A stretch of 64,000 bases of DNA, taken from contig CBDIID010000003.1 in NCBI GenBank assembly GCA_965279515.1, positions 4,704,001-4,768,000 of the forward strand, given 5' to 3'. Made by a program: the position numbers and the translations under genes. The notes beneath the pieces were generated by a model. It was not told where the DNA came from. It did no database searches and saw only the letters and a list, made by a program, of their open reading frames with translations. Each line of letters begins with the position of its first letter. Position 1 is the stretch's first letter. The stretch is from Turneriella sp. GTDB taxonomy: Bacteria > Spirochaetota > Leptospiria > Turneriellales > Turneriellaceae. Below, piece by piece: positions 47,970 to 58,736 of this stretch.

Positions 47970-48768
47970 ATCTTCTGGTCTCTGCGCTTTGCGCGGATTT
48001 CTGTTTTACCATTTCATTCCCCGAGAGCATCTCGGGGTTGTTTTTTGCCAGCTGTATGACGTCGAGCGCGCCGAAGTGGGGCAGGCCACGGCGTTCAAAA
48101 TGCTCAAATACGCGCCGCGCAACCGTAAGGTCGGCCGCTTCGTCGACGGTCATGCGTATGCCTGCAACGCGGCGTTTAGCGGCTTCCTCTGAAATCGTGT
48201 CATCGAGCCTGAGCGGCATGATTTCATAGAGGTGTGGGTTCTCGCGGATATAGATCGTGACGTGCTCGCGGTGGTAATCCTTCAGGCCCGCTTCGCCCCC
48301 AGCCGTTAAAGGGATGTCGCGCAGCATCACAGAGCGCAGCGCCTCGACACGGATCATCTCGGCGCCCATGCCGAGCGGCAAGTCTGCCGTGTAAGCATAA
48401 TCAACCGGGTCGTCTTTGAGGCGCTGTATCAGTATTGCGAGCTGGTCTTTATCGACAAAGGGATTGTCGGCCGTCAGGCGGATGACATAGTCTGAGGGGG
48501 CGAGATCGGCCGCAGCGTCGATGAAACGTTTCAGCACGTTGGAAGTATGCCCCGTAAAGAAGCGGAGGCCCCGTGCCTGCAGGAAATCCGCCAAAGTTAT
48601 GTCTCCTTCGTCGGCGATCGCAAACACGAGTTCAACCCCGGCACCTTCCAGCGTCTGCATGCGCGCCGCAATGTGCTCGACAATCGCTGTTTTGCCGATT
48701 TTTTCGAGGACTTTACCCGGCAGGCGTTCACTTTTAAGGCGCGCCTGCGCCAAAGCCCTTATTCGCAT
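47968..48768 (-). CDS. SpsF-like cytidylyltransferase
   Basis: QAR..SERLPGKVL, NVL.RF, IRLTADNPF, P.G.G.E, REHVT.YI, R.TVD...D. Confidence 0.85.
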   Translation of the reverse strand: MRIRALAQARLKSERLPGKVLEKIGKTAIVEHIAARMQTLEGAGVELVFAIADEGDITLADFLQARGLRFFTGHTSNVLKRFIDAAADLAPSDYVIRLTADNPFVDKDQLAILIQRLKDDPVDYAYTADLPLGMGAEMIRVEALRSVMLRDIPLTAGGEAGLKDYHREHVTIYIRENPHLYEIMPLRLDDTISEEAAKRRVAGIRMTVDEAADLTVARRVFEHFERRGLPHFGALDVIQLAKNNPEMLSGNEMVKQKSAQSAETRR

Positions 48769-48897
48769 AGTACACGGAAATAGCGAGGTCGGCACCGGCA
48801 AGGAGGTTTCAAAAGCTGGCGATGGAAAATTTTTGCAGATTTTCGTCTGGAAACTAAAAAATACTTGTCTTACTCGCAAAAGCCACGAATTAGACCA

Positions 48898-49257
48898 ATG
48901 GCCGCGAAGTCAGGCATTAAGATCAAGGTCAAGAAGAAGGGCGAAATCAGCATTGTCGAAATCGACGGTGCGATCAAGTCTGGTATGGAATTCGACCTCG
49001 CGGACGAACTCGAGTCGTGCATGCACGAGGCGAAGGTTCCTAAAATTATTGTCGATATGAAAAAGGTCCCGTTCATCAATTCGGCTGCCTTGGGCATACT
49101 CCTGAATATTTACAAAGAAATCGAGCGCCGCAACGGCCGTTTCGGCCTTTGCTCAATCAGCGCCGACGTCGACCATCTGCTTGAAATCACCAAGTTGGGC
49201 TCGGTTTTTGATATCTATAAGAATCAAGACGACGCTCTCGACTCCATCGCTGATTAA
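48898..49257 (+). CDS. STAS-domain anti-sigma-factor antagonist
   Basis: VDM..V.FINSAALG.L and LLEITKL..VF.IY. Confidence 0.88.
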   Translation: MAAKSGIKIKVKKKGEISIVEIDGAIKSGMEFDLADELESCMHEAKVPKIIVDMKKVPFINSAALGILLNIYKEIERRNGRFGLCSISADVDHLLEITKLGSVFDIYKNQDDALDSIAD

Positions 49258-49313
49258 TCCGGCTTTTACGGGCCTGCTTGTGCCGGATGCAAGCGGTGCC
49301 GGTGCGTTTTGCA

Positions 49314-49850
49314 TTACCAATAGCCGTCTATAGGGAAATGTTCGCAGCTTAGGTTGCGATAAAAAGGCCGTGAACCGCCGTTTACAGCGAAGATTTGTAT
49401 GCTTTCGATCAAGCGAATGCCTTCCCAGGTTAGATCATTGTTTGAAACCAATCGCTGGTTCCGTTTTTCCATAACTAAGGTCGGGAGATACAGCTCTATT
49501 GCCAGGCGAACAAACGCCGTAATCGTCAGACCCAGCTCGATTGCCGCAAGACGAATGATCTTTTCATCTTCTCCATAAAGACACATCATGTGACGATGGA
49601 TATCCTGAGCCATGGCTAATCCCTGTTTAACACGCCGAGTCACCTGGCAGAGCTTCGGAGTCCAACGCAGCGAGCACTTTCGGGCGAGTCGCAAAGTACA
49701 GTAGCGGGTTATGGTCGAGTAAGTTCGGCGCCGTTGCCATGCCGCAAGCTTAATCCTATTCCAGTGGATTGGCGCCAAACGGACTTCCAAAAGATGGGTA
49801 ATCTGGACGGGCTTATTTTCCAGGAACCGGGGTTGTTTTCTGCATTGCAT
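49314..49850 (-). CDS. Hypothetical protein, possibly DUF1564/ribbon-helix-helix-like
   Basis: Only long ORF in the gap; IRLAAIELGLTITAFVRLAI resembles RHH helices. Start uncertain. Confidence 0.45.
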   Translation of the reverse strand: MQCRKQPRFLENKPVQITHLLEVRLAPIHWNRIKLAAWQRRRTYSTITRYCTLRLARKCSLRWTPKLCQVTRRVKQGLAMAQDIHRHMMCLYGEDEKIIRLAAIELGLTITAFVRLAIELYLPTLVMEKRNQRLVSNNDLTWEGIRLIESIQIFAVNGGSRPFYRNLSCEHFPIDGYW

Positions 49851-49977
49851 AGGTGCCTTATATAAGAAATACCAGAAAGGTCCGGTTTTTTCTCACCTAC
49901 CTATGAATTATCCATGGGGATGCATCCCTTCGGAAAAACCTGTGCGAGTTTTCGGCGTAAAATATCGAAAATAGAAT

Positions 49978-50844
49978 GTGCACCTTTACCGTTTCCTCTT
50001 ATTTACCCTCGCCGTAGCAGGGCTCAGCGCTGCCGATAACGGGCCCCGCCTCGAAGCCATTGTCGACTGGAAGTCGAACAAGATTCACCTGCGCGCCGAA
50101 TGGAATTTAAACCGCCGTAACGCCGAGCGCTCTGCGGGGGATCTACGCTCTGAAATGCGCGGCGCGCTGGTCACGAAACTCAGCGCCGTCGTCGAGGCGC
50201 TCTGGCGCCGCTCGGGGCATACGACGAGTCCAGGTGAGGCCGCGCCGGTGCCCGACCTGGCAACGTACTGGTCTTACCTGAAGCTCAATACCTTCCAGGT
50301 CGCTGAAAACAAGGTCTCCGCCACGATGGAAGTCACGCTGCGCGGGCAGAATTCGCTGATGGCACATCTGCCCTCGGAGACGGGTAAGGAAGACTGGCGC
50401 GTCGACGACAGCGCGACGAACGTCGCGTATGAGCGCCGTGCGGACCTGAAAGAATACGACGCTTCGGATGCCGAACCGTTGCTCTATACAGGGCTTATCA
50501 TCGACGCGCGGCATCTGAATTTCGTGCCATCGCTGAGCACGGGCGTATTTACGAGCTCGGGCCGCTTGCTTTATAGCCCGTCATTCCTGACCCGCGTGAC
50601 GCTGGTCAAACGCGGCGCGGCGGGATTTTTTACTAACGAAGGGCAGAGCGAGGCGCGGCAGCGCGCCGGTACGCGTCCCTTAAAAGTGCCGGCACTCGAC
50701 TTGGCCCGTGCTGGTGAAAATGCGCTGGTGATCAGCGATGAAGATGCGGCAAAAATCATGGCGCATGACGGCAGCGTGAAGAATCTCCGGCGGGCGCGCG
50801 TCGTTATTCTGATCGCACCCGACAAACTGCGCGAAAAATATTAA
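49978..50844 (+). CDS. Exported hypothetical protein (LPP20-like C-terminal domain)
   Basis: Signal peptide; YTGLIIDAR...PL.V.A...LVIS.EDA...RVVI. Confidence 0.6.
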   Translation: MHLYRFLLFTLAVAGLSAADNGPRLEAIVDWKSNKIHLRAEWNLNRRNAERSAGDLRSEMRGALVTKLSAVVEALWRRSGHTTSPGEAAPVPDLATYWSYLKLNTFQVAENKVSATMEVTLRGQNSLMAHLPSETGKEDWRVDDSATNVAYERRADLKEYDASDAEPLLYTGLIIDARHLNFVPSLSTGVFTSSGRLLYSPSFLTRVTLVKRGAAGFFTNEGQSEARQRAGTRPLKVPALDLARAGENALVISDEDAAKIMAHDGSVKNLRRARVVILIAPDKLREKY

Positions 50845-50854
50845 GGAAGTTAAC

Positions 50855-51751
50855 TTACGTCGTTGCGGCCGGCTTTTGTTTGCGCCGCATGAACAGCATC
50901 ATGACGGCGATGAGGCCACCGACCAGAAAACCCGTGACGCCAAAAAGAAAGTAGTTCGCCCTCGGTTTAAAGGGGATGGCTATCTGTGCTATAATGGCTT
51001 CGGAACCTGCGGCTTTGACGAGAATTTTGAAGGCCGGCTGGTCTGACTTGATATTACGTCCCGCTTTGACCGTCAGATTCGCCTGGAACCGACCATCGGG
51101 CCCCGCGGTGATGTTTTCAGGGCGGCATGCCGGTGCGCACCCGGTAACATTGAGCGTCGGTACCGGTTTGTCGTCGAGGTTTAAGATTTCGAGGGCGATC
51201 GCTTTGGTATTCACCAGAACCCCTGAGAGAATCACGGCACTCGAAGTGCCGGGGGCCAAGCCTTCCTTTTTCCAGGTTTCGGGCAGAACATAGCTGAGTG
51301 TAGAACCCGACCCGATAAAATCGGGTTGGTAGCGTGTGACGACCTGGCTGAAGGGCCGGAGTGCAAACTTGTGGAAATCTTCGGGTGTCAGGTTGCTGAT
51401 TTTATCCGCTTTCTCGCGGTAATAAGATATCGCCGAAACGCGTTCCTTGTTTTCTTCGAGGATTGCCGCGCCACCGCCGAGACGGCGCATTCCCGCGCTG
51501 ATCAGTTGGGCATCCTTCTGCGTTTTGATCTTGTCACCCGATACGCTAAAAGAGATGGCCCAAAGCTTCTCGCTGGGGGCGATTTCAGTTTCAGTAACGG
51601 TATCGAATTTTACGGTGCAGGCGGGCGGTTGTGTAGCAGGGCAGGCCGCTGCCAAAATCTCTTTTTTGAGCTGGGCCATCGTGGTCGCGACCGATGCGGA
51701 AATTACGGTGGTATAACTGAGGGCTATGAGAACGATCAGGCGGTGGAACAT
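50855..51751 (-). CDS. Exported hypothetical protein with C-terminal TM anchor
   Basis: Signal peptide from ATG 51751, Cys pairs, C-terminal TM followed by RRK. Confidence 0.65.
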   Translation of the reverse strand: MFHRLIVLIALSYTTVISASVATTMAQLKKEILAAACPATQPPACTVKFDTVTETEIAPSEKLWAISFSVSGDKIKTQKDAQLISAGMRRLGGGAAILEENKERVSAISYYREKADKISNLTPEDFHKFALRPFSQVVTRYQPDFIGSGSTLSYVLPETWKKEGLAPGTSSAVILSGVLVNTKAIALEILNLDDKPVPTLNVTGCAPACRPENITAGPDGRFQANLTVKAGRNIKSDQPAFKILVKAAGSEAIIAQIAIPFKPRANYFLFGVTGFLVGGLIAVMMLFMRRKQKPAATT

Positions 51752-51801
51752 GCCGGCCGCTTTGGCATCTGCGAACACAGTGTAACCCAGTTTGCGCCTT
51801 A

Positions 51802-51858
51802 GTCTGCGCTCAGACGACCTCCTGTCGGCGCAGACCCAACGGCTTCCATGCCGCTTGG
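51802..51858 (-). repeat. Second copy of the GGA-loop two-hairpin module
   Basis: GTCTGCGC-TCAGA-CGAC-CTCCT-GTCG-GCGCAGAC-CCAA-CGGC-TTCCAT-GCCG-CTTGG; same architecture as 43544-43600. Confidence 0.6.
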
Positions 51859-51892
51859 TTTACGCCCTGTCTTAAGCCCAGCCTTTGGAGGT

Positions 51893-53461
<1,569 letters not shown>

Positions 53462-53479
53462 GGTTATCCGAAAATAGCG

Positions 53480-54109
53480 TTAGGCACGAATCCAAATCTT
53501 CCCGTTCTCAAGTTTCGCTTCAAACTTTTTCAGTGGTTTAGGGCCGCCGGAAATGCATTGGCCGTTTTTCAGATCAAATTTCCAGTCATGGAAGGGACAT
53601 GTCAGCGTCATGCCATAGGCACCGGTTACGGGAATAACATTTTTCTGGTGCGGGCATTCGGCGCTGTAAACCATCACCCCGCCTGAGGTTGATACCGCAT
53701 AATACGCTTCTGTGCCGGATTTCAAAAAGTGCGGCTCATTTTCTTTTAAGGGGGATGCATCCCCCAGCTCGCGCCACGCGCTTTCTTTTTGCGCGGCATC
53801 CACATGAGCGAACTCGGGCAAATTCATTTCGAGAATGATATCCATCGCCCAGACAATCTTACTGAAACCGAGTGCTGGCATCGCGAAGAGCAGGGCATCG
53901 ATGATTTCGTCGGCGCTCGCCCCTTCTTTGAGCGCGCGCGGCAGGTATTGCCTGAGGCCATTTGCCGTTTTTGCATGCACCTTGGTGATGACCGAGATCA
54001 GCGCGGCGGTCTTTTTATCGAGGTGGCTGCCTGCCTGCTTGAGAAAGGTGAAGTAAGCGCCCATGGCTTCGGGCCGGGCCTTGATGAGATAATCCAGCGC
54101 TTTGCTCAT
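53480..54109 (-). CDS. CMD/AhpD-like domain fused to a Rieske [2Fe-2S] ferredoxin
   Basis: N-terminal LDKKT..LI.V, AL..GAS.DEI.DAL; C-terminal CPH...CPFH.W.FD...G.C..G. Confidence 0.8.
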   Translation of the reverse strand: MSKALDYLIKARPEAMGAYFTFLKQAGSHLDKKTAALISVITKVHAKTANGLRQYLPRALKEGASADEIIDALLFAMPALGFSKIVWAMDIILEMNLPEFAHVDAAQKESAWRELGDASPLKENEPHFLKSGTEAYYAVSTSGGVMVYSAECPHQKNVIPVTGAYGMTLTCPFHDWKFDLKNGQCISGGPKPLKKFEAKLENGKIWIRA

Positions 54110-54148
54110 GCTGATAAACTCCGTGCGCGTAACGGGGCGGCAAGCGGT

Positions 54149-54898
54149 TCAAAAGGTCTGGCGCGGGTTTCTGAACCAACCGACGAAGGGCAGGCGCATA
54201 AGAAAGATTACCTGGCAGAGGAGCATCTGCAGAAACGAGCTGTTGGGCGCGACACCCACGAGGGCCGCAATTTCGCTACGGACGCGGGGCCGCACGCGGG
54301 TGAAAAAGTCGGTCAAAAGCGTGGCCGCCTCGGCCGAATAGCGGCGGCGAATCAGCGAACGCGTCAGGCGGTGCGCAATCGCCAGCGCGAAGTCGACCCT
54401 GAGGTAGAGCCCCCAGAGATAAAACCTGCGGAAACGGCTGTTGCCCAGACCGGCTCGGGTTTCGTTCTCGCCGAACGCAATATGCGTCTGTTCGTCGCGG
54501 GCGATCGCTTTCAGGTGGTTCGTGATCTTGCGGTCATCGACGTGTGCGATCAGGACTTCCATGAGATAGAGCACCCAGCGCTCCCCGAGCGCCTTGTCTA
54601 AAAAGCAATGTTCGAGCCACAACCGCCCAGTGACAGGCGCCATGATCAGCGTTAAGAGCCAGGGGGATGCGGGAATCTTTTTTACTGCGGCCGTGTGCTC
54701 GTAGAGCGTGCGGTACATATGCGCATGGCGGATTTCGTCACAGATCTGCTTCGCCAGAAAGTCCGCAGCCTCCAGGTTGGGGGCACGGTTCAGCGCATAA
54801 CCTTCCTTTAGACCCGTGAATTCGCCGTCGATGAAGCGCGCGAAGATAAAGGCCAGAAGATCGCGGTCCTTTTCAACAGTCAGCTTTAGCCTACCCAC
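54149..54898 (-). CDS. Ferritin-like diiron protein
   Basis: DGE, DEIRH, GE, DEQTH ligand pattern. Start GTG 54898 inferred. Confidence 0.72.
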   Translation of the reverse strand: MGRLKLTVEKDRDLLAFIFARFIDGEFTGLKEGYALNRAPNLEAADFLAKQICDEIRHAHMYRTLYEHTAAVKKIPASPWLLTLIMAPVTGRLWLEHCFLDKALGERWVLYLMEVLIAHVDDRKITNHLKAIARDEQTHIAFGENETRAGLGNSRFRRFYLWGLYLRVDFALAIAHRLTRSLIRRRYSAEAATLLTDFFTRVRPRVRSEIAALVGVAPNSSFLQMLLCQVIFLMRLPFVGWFRNPRQTF

Positions 54899-54950
54899 GC
54901 GGCAGCCAATAATGGCTTTCCGCCCCTCAAAGCAAAAAAAAATCTCCGTG

Positions 54951-55952
54951 ATGGCCTTATTCGACGAGTGCTTCGCCTCCGAGGCGGATGTTTCCCTTGC
55001 CCCCAAAGATATCGATAAATTCTGGAATGCTCAGATTGCCCGGCTCAAAAAAGTTCCGCTGGAAGTGCTGACCAAGAAAAAGGTTTCGGCGAAGATTTTT
55101 ACCGAGCAAAATCTGATGGTGGAGTTCCAGAGTGTGGACAAGTACCACATGCAGGCGCAGTTTATTGCGCCGAGAAAGCTGACAGGTAAGCCACCGCTCG
55201 TCGTTATTTTTCCCGATTATGGTAAGGAAGCCGTGGCCTATAAAGGCCTCATGAACGCCGGCATCGCGCAGATGGTTATCCGTATGCGCGGCCACGAAGC
55301 GCCGCGGCCTATCCATGCCGCAGAGCCGGGGCAAGCAGTGAAAAAGGACGACAAACGCGAAGAGAGCTATGGTTATTTTAGCGAGCGCGTGCTGGAACCC
55401 ACAGAATATTACGCCAGTAAAATCTACCTCGACGCTTACCGGGCTCTGGAAGTCGCGCGTTTAAGGCGTGAAATCGATAGCTCGCGCATCGGTATTATCG
55501 GGCAGGGCGTGGGGGCGGCGCAGGCGCTGTTCGCCGCGGCATACATGGAGCGCGGTGAGGCTCTTTATCTCGAAAATCCCGCCTTTCTCAATCTCGACCA
55601 TACCCAGAATATTTCCGAAGCCGACTATGCACGGGAGATCAACAACGCTGCGCGTGGCAGTAAAAAAGTAAAGCAGCAGATTAAGGAAAACCTGCGCTAT
55701 TTCGATCCGGTTTATTTTGCGCGTAAGATATCCGCAAGCACGGCGTTTTCCATTAACCTGACAAACAAGGAAGCCGTGCCGCACGGCGGCTTTGCGCTGT
55801 TTCACCTGCTGCAGCACGAGAAGGATATGTTTTTATTCACAGAAGGTGATTCGGTCGCGCTCGCCGAAGAAAAGCGTAAAACCGTATTAAATGCGGTGCG
55901 CTATTTTCGGGAGAAACTACTCGGCCAGAAAGTCGATCACAACGAAGATTGA
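54951..55952 (+). CDS. CE7 acetylxylan esterase/cephalosporin-C deacetylase-like protein with degenerate triad
   Basis: P.D.DKFW, RG, YLDAYRA, EID..RI...G, L.YFD...FA..I. Start 54912 or 54951. Confidence 0.78.
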   Translation: MALFDECFASEADVSLAPKDIDKFWNAQIARLKKVPLEVLTKKKVSAKIFTEQNLMVEFQSVDKYHMQAQFIAPRKLTGKPPLVVIFPDYGKEAVAYKGLMNAGIAQMVIRMRGHEAPRPIHAAEPGQAVKKDDKREESYGYFSERVLEPTEYYASKIYLDAYRALEVARLRREIDSSRIGIIGQGVGAAQALFAAAYMERGEALYLENPAFLNLDHTQNISEADYAREINNAARGSKKVKQQIKENLRYFDPVYFARKISASTAFSINLTNKEAVPHGGFALFHLLQHEKDMFLFTEGDSVALAEEKRKTVLNAVRYFREKLLGQKVDHNED

Positions 55953-55954
55953 GA

Positions 55955-56311
55955 TCAGTCGACGTCTACAACGACATAGATCGTCTCAGCGTCATTTTTC
56001 GCAGCCGCGAGCGGTTTGTCGATACGGATGCTGACCCGGGAACACCCGGAGAATGTTTTTAATCCCTGACCCACATTTAAAGCGATATTTTCTATCAGCT
56101 CATAGTGACGCAGCGCGATAATCCGGCGGATTTCTGCCGATAGCGTATCATAGTCGACCGAATGTTTCATGTCGTCGATTTCGACGGGAGCGCTATGGAA
56201 GAAGAGTTTTGCGCTGACAAAAATTTTCTGCCGGGATTCTTTTTCGCTCGAATAAATACCGACGGATGCGTCGATCTTCAGCCGATCAATGCCGATTTCT
56301 AATGGTCTCAA
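55955..56311 (-). CDS. folB: Dihydroneopterin aldolase
   Basis: G.Y..E...Q, SVDY, LIE..A, V.I.I.KP. Confidence 0.85.
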   Translation of the reverse strand: MRPLEIGIDRLKIDASVGIYSSEKESRQKIFVSAKLFFHSAPVEIDDMKHSVDYDTLSAEIRRIIALRHYELIENIALNVGQGLKTFSGCSRVSIRIDKPLAAAKNDAETIYVVVDVD

Positions 56312-57290
56312 GTTTCTGTCTCCACTTCCACGCTGTTTCGACGATGGTTTTCAGGTCGCTCAGCGTGGGCCTCCAGCCGAGTGCCTTGTTGGCTTTGGTG
56401 CTATCTGCCACGAGATAGGGGGCGTCGCCTGCGCGGCGCGGATGCATTTCAGATACAATCTTTTTGCCCAGCACTTCTTCGGTCGCGCGGATGACTTCAC
56501 TGACGGAAGCTCCGTTACCCGTGCCGAGGTTAAAGGCTTGGCATCCTTTATTCGTTTTCAAAAATTCCAAACCGCGTATATGCGCGTCGACGAGATCCGA
56601 TACATGAATATAGTCGCGCACCGCCGTACCGTCGTGGCCGGCGATAGTATAGTCGTTGCCGAAAATACGCAAAGGAAATTTGCCGTCAGACAGCGCTGCG
56701 CGCAGGATGTTGGGAATCAGGTGCGTCTCCGGGTCATGCCATTCTCCCGTCTCACACTTTTTGTCGGCTCCAGCCGCATTGAAATAGCGAAAGATGACCG
56801 AATCAAAATCATAAACTTTCGCAAAATCTTCGAGCATAAGCTCGAGCATACGTTTGCTCTGCGCGTATGGGTTAATCGGCTGAATCGGTGTATTTTCGTC
56901 GAGCGGTTCCGGTTTTTCCATCACGCCGTAGACCGCGCAGGTTGAAGATAAGATGAATTTTCTGACGCCGGATTTTCTCAAGGCGGCGATAAATTTCATG
57001 CCCGAAACCACGTTATTCAGGTAGTAGGGCAAAGGTTCGACCACGGATTCACCGACGTTGATCAGCGAGGCAAAATGCATGGCCGCTTCGATGCCGAAAT
57101 CTTTTACCAGTTTCGACACCAAAGCCTCGTCGCCGACGTCTCCCTCAACGTGTTCGATGCCCACGACGTATTCGCGGTGGCCGGTTACGAAGTTATCCAG
57201 TACAACAGGACGATAACCGGCTTTCGCCAGCGCCCGTACCGCGGTTGAGCCGATATAGCCCGCGCCACCACTGACAAGGATATTCTTCAT
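56286..57290 (-). CDS. galE: UDP-glucose 4-epimerase
   Basis: GGAGYIGS, HFA..NVGESV, YAQSK, RYFNAAGA, HLIP, RDYIHV.DL. Confidence 0.95.
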   Translation of the reverse strand: MKNILVSGGAGYIGSTAVRALAKAGYRPVVLDNFVTGHREYVVGIEHVEGDVGDEALVSKLVKDFGIEAAMHFASLINVGESVVEPLPYYLNNVVSGMKFIAALRKSGVRKFILSSTCAVYGVMEKPEPLDENTPIQPINPYAQSKRMLELMLEDFAKVYDFDSVIFRYFNAAGADKKCETGEWHDPETHLIPNILRAALSDGKFPLRIFGNDYTIAGHDGTAVRDYIHVSDLVDAHIRGLEFLKTNKGCQAFNLGTGNGASVSEVIRATEEVLGKKIVSEMHPRRAGDAPYLVADSTKANKALGWRPTLSDLKTIVETAWKWRQKLETIRNRH

Positions 57291-58621
57291 CAGCCCGCCA
57301 CCGCAATCTTGCCGATGAGCAGGTCGGGAACGCGTACCGAACTGTATTGATCGCTGTACTCCGACGAAACCGCTTCGATGTTTTTAATCATATCGAAGAA
57401 ATTAGAGCTGAGTGTAATGCGATCCACCGCCTGTGTGCGCTCGCCGTTCTCGTAGAGAAAACCCTGGGCGCCGATCGACAGCTCGCCTGAGATCGCGGAA
57501 CAACCTGCCGCCCCTTCGAGTTTATCAATCATGAGGATTTTTCCTTGCGAGAGAAGTTCTTTCTGTGTAGCACCTCCCGGGTCGACGACCAGGTTCTTAA
57601 ATCCGGTGCCGGCTTTTGAGGCCACCGAGCGCACGCTGTTGCCGGTAGGCTGTACTTTATCGATGGCCGCCGCCTCGAGATTATATAGAAATTGTACAAA
57701 TTTGCCCTTTTCCACAACAGCGAGATCGCGGGTTGGAACACCTTCGCCGTCGCGGGCGCGAGAGCCTTTCAGGTCTTTTCTGTGCGCCATCGAGCGAATA
57801 CTGAGCACGGGTGATGCAATCATTTCACCGAGCCTGCCCTTGAGGCGCGACTGCCCGCGAATCGCCAGCTCGGCAAAAAACGGCGAACCATACATCGAGA
57901 TAATCTGTCCACTCACTCTATTCGAAAACAGAATCCGGTACTCTCCCGAAGCGACGGGCGTAGCGCCGAGTTGTTCGACTGTGCGTTCGACCGCGCGCTC
58001 CGCAATGCGCAGGCTTTCGAGTTCGGCGAAGCTTTGCCGGCTGTTGCTGTAGAAGCCCATCTTCTTCTGATCGCCCAGCGCTGCCACAGCCGCTGAGTAA
58101 GCGCTGAAATCCTGATCGGCATGCGAATACGAGACACCATTCGAGTTCAGGAAATAGCCACGAGAGCTTGAGCGCGCTGCGCCTGTATACGGCACATTCT
58201 CGACGCGTTTGTCGATGGCGCGCGCTTTGTCTTCCAGGTCCACCGCAAAACGCGCCAGCTCGCTGAATGGCGTTTTATCGAAATCGGCGGAAAGATGATC
58301 AAAATTCTCGCCGGAGGCGGGTAAGTTTTCCGCGACGGAAAATGCGACGGGGTCGGTGAGATGTGTGTGCGACAGCGCGTCGTCGAGGCAGATCTTCAGC
58401 GCGTCGGGGGCCAGCTTCTCGGTGAAAGCGATACCCGGCCGTGCGTCGCGGAACACGCGAATGCCGAGCGCGGCGGAACGCTGGATCTCCGTATTGCTGA
58501 TTTTTTTCTCGAAAACTTCGACACTCTCACTGAACGAGTCATAGGCAACGATATCAAAATCATTGCAACCTGCCGCACGGGCGAGCGAGGCGATTTTGTC
58601 GATTGCTTCTTCAACTTGCAT
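57290..58621 (-). CDS. pmbA: TldD/PmbA family protein, PmbA/TldE type
   Basis: DGEG.P, no HExxxH, GELS..AQG, SV.VP; follows tldD. Confidence 0.85.
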   Translation of the reverse strand: MQVEEAIDKIASLARAAGCNDFDIVAYDSFSESVEVFEKKISNTEIQRSAALGIRVFRDARPGIAFTEKLAPDALKICLDDALSHTHLTDPVAFSVAENLPASGENFDHLSADFDKTPFSELARFAVDLEDKARAIDKRVENVPYTGAARSSSRGYFLNSNGVSYSHADQDFSAYSAAVAALGDQKKMGFYSNSRQSFAELESLRIAERAVERTVEQLGATPVASGEYRILFSNRVSGQIISMYGSPFFAELAIRGQSRLKGRLGEMIASPVLSIRSMAHRKDLKGSRARDGEGVPTRDLAVVEKGKFVQFLYNLEAAAIDKVQPTGNSVRSVASKAGTGFKNLVVDPGGATQKELLSQGKILMIDKLEGAAGCSAISGELSIGAQGFLYENGERTQAVDRITLSSNFFDMIKNIEAVSSEYSDQYSSVRVPDLLIGKIAVAG

Positions 58622-58655
58622 TGTTATTTTTTACCCTTTGAAATGTCAGATAGCG

Positions 58656-58732
58656 AACCGCAAAGGACGCGGAGTTGCGCAAAGACCATCTCCGGGCATC
58701 TTGCTCCGCGTAACTTTGCGCACTCTGCGGTG
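58656..58732. repeat. Palindromic element with 29-bp arms (copy 2, inverted relative to copy 1)
   Basis: AACCGCAAAGGACGCGGAGTTGCGCAAAG...CTCCGCGTAACTTTGCGCACTCTGCGGTG. Confidence 0.8.
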
Positions 58733-58736
58733 AATT

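Noticed and set aside
53789..54601. Long antisense ORFs (also 4823-5548, 29127-29873, 30442-31170, 37020-37802, 41474-42214)
   Set aside because: Shadow ORFs opposite well-supported genes, as expected in GC-rich DNA.
54934..54942. Another A9 run (also T8 runs near 21765 and 61083)
   Set aside because: Reading frames stay intact across them and no alternative frame is needed.
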